A DNA stretch of 64,000 nt from Eledone cirrhosa (GCA_964016885.1 OZ024743.1:255192001-255256000); one strand, 5' to 3'; numbered from the stretch's first letter, positions 12,535 through 26,800 are shown. Numbers and translations are program-made. Notes: a model not told the origin generated them from the letters alone.

Positions 12535-15223
12535 ACTTGAATCTCAGTCATTGATGTTGGTTAACTGGAAAGTCCGTTGGATTGAATATCAAGCCACTAC
12601 CTGCAGCCTCAGATATTCAGGACGTATCGGAGGGTTCTTGCTGTTCCAAGCAAGCATGCCTTTTGAAGCGTTCCAAAAAGCGTGAAGGGGCTGATTTTCT
12701 TTAACCATCCCTGGAAACTTTTGGAGATAGTCCCCAGTGCGCCTATGACAATCGGGATCACTTTGACTTCATGGCAGTTCCAAATCCTTTTCACCTCCCA
12801 CTTTAGGTCCTGGTATCGGTTAAGTTTCTCCCTCTCCTTCTCTTGCACTCTCGTGTCGAATGGGCAGGCTACATCCACAATCAGACACGATCTTTTTTCT
12901 TTGTCCACAACCACCAGGTCAGGTCTATTGTGTTCCAGTTTTTTGTCCGTCTGTATCCTAAAATCCCACAGCACCTTCACCTGATTGTTCTCCATCACCG
13001 CCTCTGGCCTATGCTCATACCATTTCTCAGAATGTGGTAAATTTTTTACTTTGCACAGGTGCCAGTGGATCACCCTGCCCATCACATCGTGTCTCCAGCC
13101 CTTATAGTGGGTCTGGGCTAGGTGTTTACACTCGGACACAATGTGAGCCACAGTCTCCTCTCTCTCTCCACAGATCCTGCACAGTGGGCTAGCCTCCTCC
13201 TTGTAAATATGGTGCTTCAACCACTTCGTTTTGAGGGCCTGCTCCTGCGCAGCCATTAGCATTCCTTCTGTAGCCTTTTTGAGGTCTCCTCTTCTCAACC
13301 AGTTCCATGTCTGTGGATCTCTAAATTCAGTTTTCTCAAAGAAGGTACTATGAAGGGATTTTCCCTTAAGGCTGCTCTTCCTCCTTGATGTTATTTCCTC
13401 CTTGGACATCCCCTGGCCTACTGTCCCCTCCTTCAGTACAGTTCTGAGCATTGGCTCCTTACTATAGGTCACGTATTTGTATAGGTTGTTTTTCTCCATC
13501 TGAACACAGTCCTCTATGCTGATAAGACCTCTTCCACCCTCAGATCTCCTTAGGTAGAGTCTATCGACATCACTCCTCTTGTGGAACATGTTGTAGATAG
13601 TCAATAGCTTCCTAGTCTTCCTATACATTTCTTTTTGTTCAGCAACATTCCATCTCAGAATTCCCGCACTGTACCTAATAATAGACACAGCTCGGGAATT
13701 TACTGCGCTTATGGCATTTCTGTTGTTCAGATGTGACTTCAATACGCTCCTTACTCTCCGAATGTATTCAGTTCTTAACAATTCCTTCATTTTTTTGTTC
13801 TTTATGCCATCAGCCTCCAGAACGCCCAAATACTTGTATCCTTCCTCAGAGTCAATTTCCTTTATCATCTCACCTGTTGGTATCTGGATCCCGTTACTTC
13901 TGCTCAACCTACCCCTCCTCATCACAATGACTCCACATTTACCAATACCAAACTGCATACATATATCACTGCTGAAAATACGGACAGTGTCAACAAGCAC
14001 ATCCAACTCCTTCTCACTTTTCCCGAAGAGCTTAAGATCGTCCATGAAGAGGAGGTGATTGATGGTAAGCTCTCCCCTTCCCAACTTGTATCCTGCTCTC
14101 ACTTTTCGCAGCATAATGGTCAAGGGCATCAGGGCAAGGACAAACAACAGAGGGGACAGGCTATCTCCCTGGAAGATACCTCTCTTGATCTTCACGCTTC
14201 CCAAGGATACTCCAGTTGATGTCAACTCTGTCTCCCAGGACCCCATACTCCTGCCTAGCAACTGTCTGATGTTATCTGCCACCCTGAAGATCTCCAGGCT
14301 TTTGGTGATCTAAGAATGAGGCACCATGTCAAATGCCTTTCTGTAGTCTATCCATCCCATGGCAAGATCAGTGTGTCTCCTCCTGCAATTCCCCATTACC
14401 ATCTTATCAATAAGTAACTGGTCCTTTGTACCACGTGACTTCTTTCGGCATCCTTTCTGTTCGTCCGGTAACAAGTTGTTTGTGTGGAGGTGATGGTAGA
14501 TTTCCTCAGACACAATGCTCGTCAACAGTTTCCACATTACGGACAGACATGTGATAGGTCTATAGTTGGTAACATCATTACCCTTGATTCGGTCTTTCAT
14601 TATCAGAACTGTGGTACCTTTTGTCAACCACTCTGGCACCTCACCCGACACCAAGCAGTCATTAAACATGGCCGTCAGCTTCGGGTGGAGGGATGTTAAA
14701 TGTTTAATCCAATACCCCTGCACACCATCTGGGCCTGGTGATTTCCAGTTGGTTAGTTTTTTGGCCTGCCCCTTAAGAGTTTCAACTGTGATACTCAAAT
14801 CAGTTTGTTGTTGTGCCTGCTCACCGATCTCCCTCTGTACTGTCTCAATCCACCCTGCCTGGTCATTATGTCTAACATCCTGCTCCCATATTCCTCTCCA
14901 GAATGTTTTAGTTTGCTCCGCCCCAGGGATCAAGTCGTTGCCTCTTTCTTTCCCCTCAAGCTGTCCAAACAGCATCTTCTGGTTGTTGTCGAACATGCGG
15001 TTCTGTTTATACTGACTGACTCTGTTCTCGTATCGCCTGATTTTTGCACTCTTTGCTACAATGCGTTGCTTCAGATCCTCTATGATAATATTTAGCTTTT
15101 TCCTCCTAGTTTTGTATTTTATTTCCAGTCTATTTTTAGTGCCTATGTTTTTTAGTGTCCCATTCAGTAGTGACTCAAGCTTTCCTATGTCATTTCTCAT
15201 TTCCCCGATTTGCCCACTCAGTC
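12535..15223 (-). mobile_element. R4/Dong-like non-LTR retrotransposon (RT plus restriction-like endonuclease), 5'-truncated, in (TAA)n
   Basis: KSPGPDG, NYRPITCL, WIDYRKAFD, GIFQGDSLSP, FMDD, CRICGEREETVAHIVSEC, RHD, RPDLVV..IVDVACP. ORFs 14310..15317 and 12609..14282 are one frame broken by one TAG where Trp is expected. Confidence 0.92.
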
Positions 15224-15224
15224 G

Positions 15225-15266
<42 letters not shown>

Positions 15267-15469
15267 GCGGTGGATTGGCAGTATCAGTAGAGGGTCGGAC
15301 GCCATGCTTTCCAGCATAGTTACGTCCCTTTACGATCTGAGTTCAAATCCCGCCGAGGTTGACTTTGCCTTTCATCCTTACGGGGTCGATAAAATAAAGT
15401 ACCAGTAATGCACTGGGTTATTGCTGGCCTTGTGCCTAAAGTAGAAACAATTATTATTATTATTATTAT

Positions 15470-15470
<1 letters not shown>
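15267..15470 (+). mobile_element. Nin-domain SINE with (ATT)n tail
   Basis: B-box GAGTTCAAATCC, Nin-like GCCTTTCATCCTTACGGGGTCGATAAAATAAAGTACCAG, flanked by (ATT)n. Confidence 0.8.
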
Positions 15471-15514
<44 letters not shown>

Positions 15515-16080
15515 AGTGTGTGTGAGTGAGAGTGCATGTGTGTATATAATATGTATATGTTTATGTATGAGTGTGTGATATGTAATTGCTATCAACTGAG
15601 CAGGGAAATATCTCAGTCAAATTGATCATCATCATCAGCAGCAGCAGCAGCAACAGCAGTAGTAGTAGTAGTAAAGGAGTGAATATCTTGATAGCTGGGA
15701 ATGTCAAATGAAGTAGATTGTAGGTTTGATGGCTTACATCTTGAGTTTATATCCTTAAAAATTGATGAACTCTTATTAATGTGGGTGTTGGCTGACTGTT
15801 GTAGTTAAAGAGATTGCATAAACACAGCAAGGGGATGACTAATTCCTCCTCCAGCTTTAAAGATCTCTATTATACATAATTAAATAGCATTTTGTTACAA
15901 ACTTTTTATCTCTGTAGAGTCCCAATGGAACATGTACAATCACTTTTAGTAAGCTTATGAAAGGAGGACCTTTCATATTTATACACTCTATAATATATGT
16001 ATATATATATATTACACATACGCATGTGCATATGTTTTTCTTTATATACGTATGTATATATGTATATATATGTATATATG

Positions 16081-16167
<87 letters not shown>

Positions 16168-16172
<5 letters not shown>

Positions 16173-16398
16173 AACAAGTAGGACCCCGACGGCTGAGCTC
16201 AAGCCGTTTCGAAGGCTAATTCTGGAGTCCAGAATTAGCCGTCGAAATGGCTTGAGCTCAGCCGTCGGGGTCCTACTTGTTCCTATTACCCACTCTTCTA
16301 CCCTAAGTATTGAGTACTTTGGTGCGTTATGGTCCATCTGGTTCCTTACCACATTTCCTTCGTTATATATATATATATAACGAAGGAAATGTGGTAAT
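16168..16398 (+). mobile_element. Short foldback insert carrying the 3' half of a hammerhead (family of 27531, 29428, 54021)
   Basis: Inverted arms of about 58 bp centred near 16227; GAAAY GGCTTGAGCTCAGCC GTC GGGG; flanked by (TA)n. Confidence 0.8.
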
Positions 16399-16769
16399 AC
16401 AAAAATATACTAACCACACCTATACAGCAAAGGTAACAGTTTCACAGATTCCTCACTTAGTTCTACTCCAATAGTCTTCTCAATGTAATGTTTACCTCTC
16501 ACAGCTTATAAATAATGTTTCATTTAAAGTTATAATATCATTATTCCTCTGTTTCAGCATAGGGTAAGAGGTTTTCACTGCTTCATTGCAAAATATTGGT
16601 TGACAAAACCTACCAAATAGCGTTGATACTGTGATTGATACATTTGTGTATGTGATCGATACATATATTGTATGTGTATTTGATTGATATATGCATGTAT
16701 ATAATTGATATATGTATTGTTTGTGCTGGATTTATGGCTGCATTTCATTTATATATATACGCAGTAATA

Positions 16770-17190
16770 CTGAAGACCTGCCTTCCCATAAACACAGGCT
16801 GAAGCATACTTCTAGTATGCACCACCTTCACCTCCATCACCCCTTCCATACACCACCAATATCCTAACACCCCACCCATATCCTAACAATCTGCCCCTCA
16901 CATACGCCCTTAAACCCACTCCCCAATCTCCACACACCTCCCCCACGAAAGTCCCCAGCCCACACTGTAATGTGGTCATAATGGTGACACGACAAAAAGC
17001 ACCCAGTACATACCGTAAATGTGGTTGGCATTAGGAAGGGCATTGAACCATAGAAATCAAGCCAGAAACAGTTCTTTATGAGCAAGGCATGTTCATCTGA
17101 CCTGACTTATCTCACAACGAGACAACTTGTCTAACCCATGCTAATGCGGAAAAATGGACATTAAATGGTGATGATGATGATGATGATGTA
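16770..17190 (+). mobile_element. RTE 3' end/3' UTR fragment
   Basis: Similar to 32100-32555 and 61010-61420; GGTTGGCATTAGGAAGGGCAT motif; (GAT)n tail. Confidence 0.7.
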
Positions 17191-17279
17191 TTTGATATAT
17201 AGACATACACATATATATATATATATATAAAGAATGAATAATAACAGGTAGACACCATAAAAAGGCAATTTATTCCGAG

Positions 17280-17392
17280 TGTTTACAAATGTTTCAACAG
17301 TAGTTATACAGCCTAGTCATGCTATGTGCAAATTGGTAAATATTTGCAGAAACTCAAATTTCAAATGCTGCTTCTACCGTTTCCTCAGAGCA
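17280..17392 (-). ncRNA. Type I hammerhead ribozyme in PLE pseudo-LTR (long stem II)
   Basis: tgct CTGAGGA aacggtag..(~70 nt)..ctactgtt GAAAC ATTT GTA aaca. Confidence 0.7.
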
Positions 17393-18797
17393 GAATGGTT
17401 AAAATGTAAATACCCTTGTATTTCTTAAAGGAAGTTATAGGGGAAGATAGAGTATGAAAGGAAGAGAGAAAGAAGGAGAGAGAGAGAGTGAGAGAGAGAG
17501 AGAGGGGGGGTATGTAGGGGTTGGAGAAATGGGAGAGAGATAGCTTAATCAAAATGTTGTGGTAGGGGTTTTATTATACTGTTTACTCTCAAAGTGACAA
17601 CCTTAGGTATTGTGTTGATATAGTCAAGTTTGGAATTATTTATTGCCACAGAGAGCAGATTCATAGATGTGGACAGGGAGGGAGGTAGACCGAGGGCGAG
17701 AGAGAGAGAGGAAGGGAGAGAGAGAAAGAAAGAGAGATAGAGAGGAGACAGACGAAAGCAACGAGATGGGGATACATCGAGTTCAGAGTTGTAGTCTACA
17801 AATCGCACTCAAGTATCTATTTATAATGATAAGCAGGGTATTATCTTGTAGTGTGGGGGTGGGGGATATAGTTAGGAAGTATTTGAGAGAAATTAGTTAG
17901 CGAGAAAGCGATGTTGTAGTCTCGGGTTCGAATGTTAATTTATTTTATAGTGAGAGAATTTAGCCTTCAGTTTGTGGTTGCAGTATAACGATCGTTCGAT
18001 TCTGTCATTTAGTAATTTGTTTTTGGATTTTAAGATATAAAAGAGTTCAAGGCTGCAGAATCTGCAGTACTTCAATCCACTCCGATATGCACTAGCACTG
18101 GGTAGTTTATTCCATTTCAAGGTGAACTGCCGGTTGCATTCTCGGAGTTGCCAGGTCTTATTGGTGAGCGTAGTCACAAGACGGTGTTTAGGATGTTTAA
18201 TCGAAAATCGATGACGATACCAGCGAGATTTAAAGGAGATAGTGGTAGACCCGATGTAATAACATTTCTGGTCGTTCGATTCGACAGTGCATTGATAAAC
18301 AATGTTGGACTCTAGGTATTTATTCTTCAATGAGCATCTTTCGGGCAGGTGGCAGTTGCAGTTTCTGTTAAGGGTAGCAGGTATACCATGGATAGGTTGG
18401 GATAACAGTTCAGGTGGGTTGTGTTATACCCCTCTCCCATTTGGTGGTTGGGAGGCCGATACTACGTTATGCTCATCTGTTACTAAAATATTTTGTTTTG
18501 TAGTGTTGTTTAATAATTGCTTTAAGTTAAGTTTTGTTTATGTATGCTTCAAGATTTGGTGCAGTGGAGTATGATAGCTTAATAGTCTTAGAGTTTAGAA
18601 TCTTACTGTATTTATGGGAACTAGGGAAATGCTTGTTAATTAACTTAAAGAATGAAAGAGATAGTTTTGTACACAAGACAATACCCTGCTTATCATTATA
18701 AATGGATACTTATATAAATGGAGTGCGATTTTTAGACTACAACTATGAACTCGATGTATCTCCATCTCGTAGCTTTCGTCTGTCTCCTCTCTATCTC

Positions 18798-18896
<99 letters not shown>

Positions 18897-18982
18897 CTCC
18901 CTTCATCTCTCTCTCTCTCTCCTTCTTTCTTCCCCAATAACTTCCTTTAAGAAATACAAGGGTATTTACATTTTAACCATTC

Positions 18983-19086
18983 TGCTCTGATGAAACCGTA
19001 GAAGCAGCATTTTAAAATTGAGTTTCTGCAAATAATCGCCAATTTGCACATAGCATGTATAACTACTGTTGAAACATGTGTAAGCA
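18983..19086 (+). ncRNA. Type I hammerhead ribozyme in inverted pseudo-LTR
   Basis: tgct CTGATGA aaccgtag...ctactgtt GAAAC ATGT GTA agca; stems I and II pair. Confidence 0.75.
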
Positions 19087-19295
19087 CTCGGAATAAATTG
19101 CCTTTTTATGATGTCTAACTGTTATTATTCATTCTTTATCTACACTCCGGAATACAGAAGGATCAGAAACTGAGTTTCTTCAACTATTCTTCCATAACTC
19201 GTTGAGTAACCCCTCACCATACGTCAAATCTATCTAGTGTAGTAATTAACCATTACCGCATTCAGGATAATCCTAAGCCTTTCTTGCATAACCAC

Positions 19296-19374
<79 letters not shown>

Positions 19375-19376
<2 letters not shown>

Positions 19377-22300
19377 CTTTACTTTGATAACTTTCGGCCA
19401 GTATTGGCCCAGACCATGTCTAACTTAATAGCACCACCTGGCGAAGTCTTACAAATCAGAGTTTGGGCACCATGGCCCACTCAAGCAGAGAGTTATTGTT
19501 TACGGAGGCATACCCGGATGTAGGAGGCTTATCCGGGATTTCTTGAAGGAATTTGTTCAAAGACTTCTTGAACTTGATGGGATCTGTTTCTGTTTTAATG
19601 TGTTTTGGTGTAATGTTAAAGAGAGCAGGGCCAGTTGATGTGAAATAATTGTGCCGTATTGTTGTTATGAGATGTGAGTGATATTTTTGTCGTGGGTGGA
19701 TAGCACGGGGCCCAAGCCTTGGCTGTACATTAAAGGTGATGCCAACATCATTTTGGCAAAGCTGATGGAATATTTTCCACATCATGCAGACGTTGGAGAG
19801 AATAAAGGTTGAGCTTTTCTAATCGTCTCCAATAGTCAAGGCCTCTCATGCCATCTATCTTTTTTGTAATCGATCTTTGGGGTGCTTTCATGATACTTTG
19901 TTTCGTGTGGAGAGACCACAGTGGACAACAGTATTCAAGGTGGGGTCGGGAAAAAGTGGAGAAGAGAAGAATAACAGTGTGGATATCTCTCGACTGGAAG
20001 GTTCTGAGAATCCAGGAACACATTCTGCGGGCCATGTAAATGTTGCTGTTTATATGAGTGGCCCAGTTTATGTTGTTGTCCACAATTACTCCCAGGTGTC
20101 TGATGTTGTTTGATGCCACGAGATTTTCACCCGAATGAAGAGAGTATGGTAGTTTCAGGGCATCCTTTTATCCAAAGTAGATTAATTCAAACTTATCCTC
20201 ATTCAACAGCATATTGTTCTTTTCTGCCCATTGGATAACAGCCAGTAGGTCTGACTGAAGGCAAGTCCGGTCACCCACCTCATTGATGACCCTTTGGAGC
20301 TTGGAATCATCTGCGAAGATGCTTATGTTGCTGTGCTTGATGATGTCAGTAATGTCATTAATGTAGATGATAAAAAGAAGTGGGCCCAACACAGTGCTTT
20401 GTGGGACGCCACTACTGACTTTGGCAGGGCTTGATTTTACTCCTTCGACTACAACATGTTGGGTTCTGTCTGTCAGGAAACATTTGATCCACTGTAGTAA
20501 CTTTCCAGAGACACCAATATTGGATAGTCTTTTCAATAGAATCTTATGATCAACCCTGTCAAAGGCCTTGCTGAAATCAAGGTAGATGACATCAGTGTTG
20601 GAGCCCTCTCCCAAGGCTCTCAAAACATCGTCAAAGTGATGCAGGAGCTGCGTTAAGCAATTCCTTCCATTACGGAACCCATGTTGGTTGGAGTTCAGCA
20701 GGCCGTTGCTTTCAAGAAAGTGGGTTATTTGTGATCTCACCACCCTCTCAAATACCTTGATGATATGAGAGGTGAGTGAGATCAGACAGTGGTTCACTGC
20801 AACGGACTTATTTCCCTTTTTGAAGACTGGGACAATGGACTAGGACAGAAAGTTTTCAGGAATATAGCCAGTGTCTAGTGAGTTTCTCCACAGATTAGTA
20901 AGAAGAGATGCAAGTTGGTGTCGACACACCTTCAGGACACAAGCAGGGAACCTGTCGGGGCCTACTGCTGTATTGTGTTTAATTTCGTTTATTGCTGCTA
21001 AGACATCAGGGGCGCCAAACTTTATGTCCGATATAGCTTGTTAGGGTTTAATATCACTGATACAGTCCAGATCGGCCATATCAGGATTGCTGAAAACAGA
21101 CCAGTATTGTTTCTGCAGTATCTCGCCCATGGTTTTGCATTAACTTGGAGTGTCCATTTTCATCAACTAGAGCGCCAACAGTGGAGACAGTGACCTTGTG
21201 TTTTTAGCAAATGAAAAGAATACTTTGGGGTTTTGTTTGATTTTCTCAATGGCCCACCTCTCTTCAGCTGTTCTCTGGTTATTGATGATAATCTTCATGC
21301 ATTGTTGGAGGTTATATTTTTTTTTTTATTCAAGCTGGACGATAGCAGTCGAATATGTGTGTTGCTGTTTGCAGTATTTTAGTTTGTTACATTTTTTGTT
21401 TATTCTATTTATTTTTCTGATAATTGTTTTTCTGTTTTGGGGGATACTGCACTTAGTTTTGTTCACAGGTTTTGGTGGGGTGTGTATTGTACATATATTT
21501 GTGACAGTGTCTACAAAGATCTTCCAAGTTGTTTTGATGTTGGTGGAAATGTGTGCATGTGTAAAAGACCAGTCAACATGTGATAGTTCGTTCATGATTG
21601 CATCCCAGTTGGCATTGTAGAGATCCATGTTATCAAATGGGTGGGCTGGAAAGAGGTCCCTAGGATTAGCTTTTGGCTGGAGGAATCTCAGGTTACAAAG
21701 AACCATGACATGGTCTGAGAGAAGGGTTTTTTATACTGTAACATTATGTATAGTGTTAGTGCGGTTATTAAACACTAGATCCAGAATGTTCTTCTGATGC
21801 CTTGTTGGTGCAAGGACAAGTTGGGACAAGAAAAACTCATTCATAAAGTCGAGAATTGACTCGACTGCTTCTTTGTCAACGGTTCCGGTTGGAGTGCCTG
21901 GTTTCAAACTGTTTGTAGACCAATCAACACAGGGTAGATTAAAGTCTCCCATGAAAAGTATGTTGCTAGAATGGCACTGTTGAATAAAGCATTTAATGCT
22001 GTTGAGGCATTCTTTGAAACAGATTATGGGTGTTTGGGGTGGCGTTATAGAGCCCAACTAATATCAGGTCATTGGCTTTGTTGTGCACAGTGACTGATTC
22101 ACAGTAGCCATTGGAGAATGTTGTGTTACCATCTGCTGAAAAGGAATCATGCAGGAAAATAGCAGTTCCACTCTTCCTTCTGCCAACACGATCTGCATGG
22201 ATGGTTGTGAAATTCCTCATAGTTACTTCAGTCTCGAAGTGGGAGTTGTCAAGGTGGGTCTCAGTAAGAATGAAGAAGGGGATGTGAAATGGATGGTTAC

Positions 22301-22698
22301 CAACCCAATCCTCAATGAATTGTATCTTCCATTTCTGTGCATTGATGGATGGGCCTTGTGTATTGAGTAAAAATGGGGAGGCTAGTATGGTGGCTGGTTT
22401 TCACTGTTGCAGGGGGATTGTTTTGAGATTGCATGTTAGTGACAGCAAGGATGGTGTTGGGTGATGGCTAAAATGTTTTTCTGTATCTCTTTTGCCAGGT
22501 TCATGGCTAAAAAAGAAAAATGTTCTTGTTCAGAGAGCAGTTTTTGATTGGATTTGTTGTTACACTATTGGATAGGGTTGCAATTCCCTCTTTTGTTGTA
22601 GTTGTTGTATTTGTTGATGTTGTAATTGTGTCTTTGTGAAAAGACTGGAGCAACATTACTTTTGTTGTTGTTCTTTTTGTTGTTGTATTTGTTGTTGT

Positions 22699-22700
<2 letters not shown>
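19375..22700 (-). mobile_element. CR1-group LINE (APE plus RT), degenerate
   Basis: ETH..., MGDFNLP, NILDLVF, SDH; YLDFSKAFDRVDH, SGVPQSTVLGPLLF, FADD; RPHLEYCCPLWS; bounded by (TA)n on both sides. Confidence 0.88.
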
Positions 22701-22753
<53 letters not shown>

Positions 22754-23029
22754 GTGTGTGTGATATGTGTGTATGTAATTGATACATATGTGTATGTCAT
22801 TGATACATTTGTGTATGTGATTGGTATATGTTGATGCAAGGAAGTTTTCATTGGTCCTCTTTCCATTGCTAATTCTATCTACCTTTCATAACTCTTGACA
22901 AGAAGAGCCAAATATTATACCATAAAACATCGCTTCTGACTCTTCAACTATTTGACTAATCCACCAAACCCTGATAGGTACTTTATTTAGAGACCATAAA
23001 AAGATTAAATGACTGTTGACTAAAATATA

Positions 23030-23600
23030 GACTACCAGGTTTACTATTTCACAATGTTAACTAGACTACCAGATTTATGAAACCAAAATGTTAATTGTAT
23101 CACAATGTTTACTATACCACTGCATTTACTATACTACACAGTTCACTCTACCACTAAATTTGATGACCCACGTTGTTAACTATATCAGTGGTTACTGTAC
23201 CACAATATTTATTGCATTACAATGTTAACTATATCAGTGTTTACTGTACCACAATATTTATTGCATTACAATGTTAACTATACCACTTTGTTTACTCTAT
23301 CACAATGCTTATTGTACTACATTGTAAATTATGCTCCTGTGTCACTCTACTAGAGTGCTCACTATATCTTTGTATTTACTGTGCCACACAATATTTTCAA
23401 TTTTGCTAACACCGTTTTCTGTACCACCATTTTTATCATGTAACATTGTTAGCTTACCAGAGTTTACAGTAATACTTTGCTACATTGTTAACCATCCCAC
23501 AAGGTTTACAGCATAACAATCTTCATTGTACTACTCTTCTAACTATGATACACCATTGACTATATTACTATATTATTACATAATAATTTATTAACTATAT
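23030..23600. repeat. Degenerate minisatellite (TTTACTATACCACAATG-like units) including a ~50-bp direct duplication at about 23175-23280
   Basis: Recurrent ACTATACCAC/ACAATGTT units. Confidence 0.6.
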
Positions 23601-24179
23601 TATGGGAATGTTAACCACATTACATTCTTAACAAAACTAGAATATTTAACAGTCAACATGTTCAGTAATAAATATATTTATATATTACATCAGTCAACCA
23701 AACTACTTGTGAAAAACATTACAGCTTTAGTATATATATATATATGTATACGCACACACAGACACACACATATTTATATACTGTGTCAAAGATACCACCT
23801 TAATATTTGAAGGATTTTCGTAGTTGAGGTAGCAGGTGACCATTCCTATTTCTCATACATCCATGATGTCCCTTTCTAAGGAACTGCCTAAAAGAGTTAC
23901 CAGAAGGTTCTAATGGTTCCATTGGCTCCATAATAGATCATTGGTAATCTATCTGACATCTTTCTCTGACTGGCAGACTTTTTCTTCTTTTCTTCTTTAT
24001 ATATATCAAAGGGAATCAATGGGTGAATTTGTTTAGATGAAGAAGAAAGAAGTCAAAATGGTTGATGTTGTTTGTAAGTGTTGAAATATGACTTTGCCAG
24101 TCATAGTTGACTGAAGTTCAACTTTATCATCATGTTGAAGAACCACACCTTGGTTTTTTTTCTTGTTTATTATGGAGGA

Positions 24180-24260
24180 ACTACTATGACTACTAGTACC
24201 CCCACCACCAGAAACCACCTGCTACTACTACTACTACTGCTGCTGCTGCTACTGCTGTTG

Positions 24261-24317
<57 letters not shown>

Positions 24318-24386
24318 ATGTTGCTACTGCTGCTGCTGCTGCTACTACTACCACCACCACCACCAACACCACCAACACTACTACTG

Positions 24387-24463
<77 letters not shown>

Positions 24464-24470
24464 GCTGTGG
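24180..24470. repeat. (CTA)n/(CTG)n compound microsatellite
   Basis: Direct reading. Confidence 0.95.
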
Positions 24471-24741
24471 CAGTGGTTGCAGCTGTCGTAATAATTCAAG
24501 ACATTTTTTTATATAAGTTCCTGCAATAATATCACCAACCCCATCGCCACCATTAATGCTATAATTATCACTATCACCTTTGCCATCACTTCCATCATCA
24601 CTGCTATCACTATCAGCATTCTCATCACTACCACCATCCCCATCACTATTATCTCTACAACCACACCACTACATAATGTCACATCAGAGTTCCATAAATT
24701 CCCATCTCACAAATCAGTCTGCAACAACAATGACTCCATAA

Positions 24742-24940
24742 AAAACTGCAAAAACACTAACAGCAACTGCAAAAACACTAACTGCAACTGCAAAAAACAC
24801 TAACAGCAACTGCAAAAACACTAACAGCAACTGCAAAAAAAATAACAGCAACTGCAAAAACACTAACTGCAACTGCAAAAAACACTAACAGCAACTGCAA
24901 AAACACTAACTGCAACTGCAAAAAACACTAACAGCAACTT
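24742..24940. repeat. Tandem 21-22-bp minisatellite AACTGCAAAAACACTAACAGC, about 9 copies
   Basis: Direct reading. Confidence 0.9.
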
Positions 24941-25049
24941 CACAAACAGCAACTACAATTACAACTGCAACAAGAGGTGCAATAGTAAAATAATAACGGC
25001 ATCAACAACAACTGTAACAATATGTCAACAACAGCAATTCAACTAAGAG

Positions 25050-25275
25050 TTGCAATAATTGCTTCTAATTTAGATACAATTCTAACAATTTTTAGCAGAA
25101 GGGTAAAGTTGATTATATCAACTCCAGTACTTGACTGGTACTTTATTTCATCAAGCCAGGAAGAATAACACGAAAAGTTCACCTCAGCAGGATTTGAAAT
25201 CAGAATATAAAATGCCATATGTAAATGCTGCAAGATTTTTGTCCAAAGTTCTAACAATTTTGCTACTCTACCACC
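25050..25275 (-). mobile_element. Old Nin-domain SINE relic
   Basis: Minus strand TCAAATCCTGCTGAGGTGAACTTT...GATGAAATAAAGTACCAG. Confidence 0.6.
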
Positions 25276-25989
25276 ATGATAATATAACAACAACTGCAAC
25301 ACATCAACATCAGCAATACAACTACAACAACACTTGCAACAAGATAATAACCATTGCAATATTAAAAAAACTACAACAAGAACCACTACAACACCAGCCA
25401 CTACTACAACATCCATTACAACAATAACTACTACAGCATTAAAACAACTACAACAACATCCATTTCAACAACAACTACTACAACATTAAAATGGCAATGA
25501 CAACCGCTAGTACAACAACAAGCACTTCAACATTAAAACAACAATAACAACCACTACAACTATAACCATTACAACAACAAAATCCACCACCACGACAACC
25601 ACAACAATAAAACTGAGCAGTAGTAGTAGCAGCAGCAGCAATAATATTTTCTCTTAAATATTTAAAAGGAAAAATTGTTCTAACTACTAACTTGTCCAAA
25701 ATGAAAGTAAAAGAAATTCTCTGAATAGAGAATTCCTCAGGGAATATTCTTTGGAAACTTCTTTGTTAAAATGGAAATGAAAATTTGTGGAATATAAACA
25801 ATTTAAATCGGGACATTAATTTCATCTATTAAATGAACATTGCCTTTTTAGGTTTTTTTGTACCTCTCTGTTTATAATCCAATCCAACAGGCCATATATT
25901 GATCAAACTCAATGTATGTGTATATTTGTGTGTGTGTGTGTTTGTTTATGTGTGTCTGCATATTTCTATGTGGTTGTGTATATATATAT

Positions 25990-26096
<107 letters not shown>

Positions 26097-26423
26097 CATA
26101 GATGTGTGTGTGTGTATATATCTGTGTAGTTGTGCATCTATGTTTGTCCGGGTGTGTGTGTGTCTATGTGAGCGTCTATGTGAGTGCACATGTGTGCATA
26201 TCTGTGTATTTGTTTCTGCTTGTGTATCTGTGTGAATGTGTTTGTGTGTGTGTTTATGTGTGTAAGATCTTCTTCTCTACCAGCTACCACTCATCACCTG
26301 CACTCTTCCAGCAAGGCTTGGATCACCTTACCCTCGGCATCACATACCTTCTTCCACTGAAAAATGACAAGGAACAATAGCCCCTGTTGACATCTTTATC
26401 TGATAAATTTTATAATTTCATAA

Positions 26424-26800
26424 GATGGTGGTGATGGTGGTGGTGGTGGTCGTGGTGGTGGTTGGGGTGGTCGTGGTGGTGGTGGTGGTTGGGGTGGTTG
26501 GGGTGTTGGTGGTGGTGATGGTGGTGTTGGCGGGGTTGTTTTTTGATGGTGGGGTTTGTGGTGGTTGTGGGGGTGGTGTTCATTTTGGTTGTAGTGGTGT
26601 TTGTGGTGGTTTTGATGGTGATTATAGTAGTGTTTGTGTCAGTGGTGAATGTGGTCTTGGTAAATGTAGTGATTGTAGAGGTGTTTTGTGTTGGTGTTGA
26701 TTGTAGTGATATTTGTGTTGGTGGTGATGGTGGTGGCATTTGCAGTGGAGTTTGTGGTGGTGGTGGTGGTGCTGTTTGAGCTGGATGGTGGTGGTGGTGG
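26424..26800. repeat. (GGT)n-rich low-complexity tract
   Basis: Direct reading. Confidence 0.85.

Larger units (their letters stand above)
17229..19300 (-). mobile_element. Penelope-like element, 5'-truncated, with 3' pseudo-LTR and inverted pseudo-LTR copy (about 18670-19140)
   Basis: GIY-YIG ORF 17935..18330 (NIVYQC...YYIGST...FKSRWYRH). Segments of 17229-17850 recur inverted at 18670-19140. Flanked by (TA)n. Confidence 0.88.

Noticed and set aside
2665-15408. Long antisense ORFs over LINE coding regions
   Set aside because: Shadow frames of retroelement ORFs with biased composition and no independent motifs.
23790-24500. Possible host exon on the minus strand (poly-Ser, KEEKKKK, MEPMEPLEP)
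   Set aside because: It needs several frameshifts and crosses stops; no recognisable domain or clear splice sites.
24742-24940. Regular 21-bp repeats resembling a CRISPR array
   Set aside because: No unique spacers, no cas genes, eukaryotic context; a plain minisatellite.
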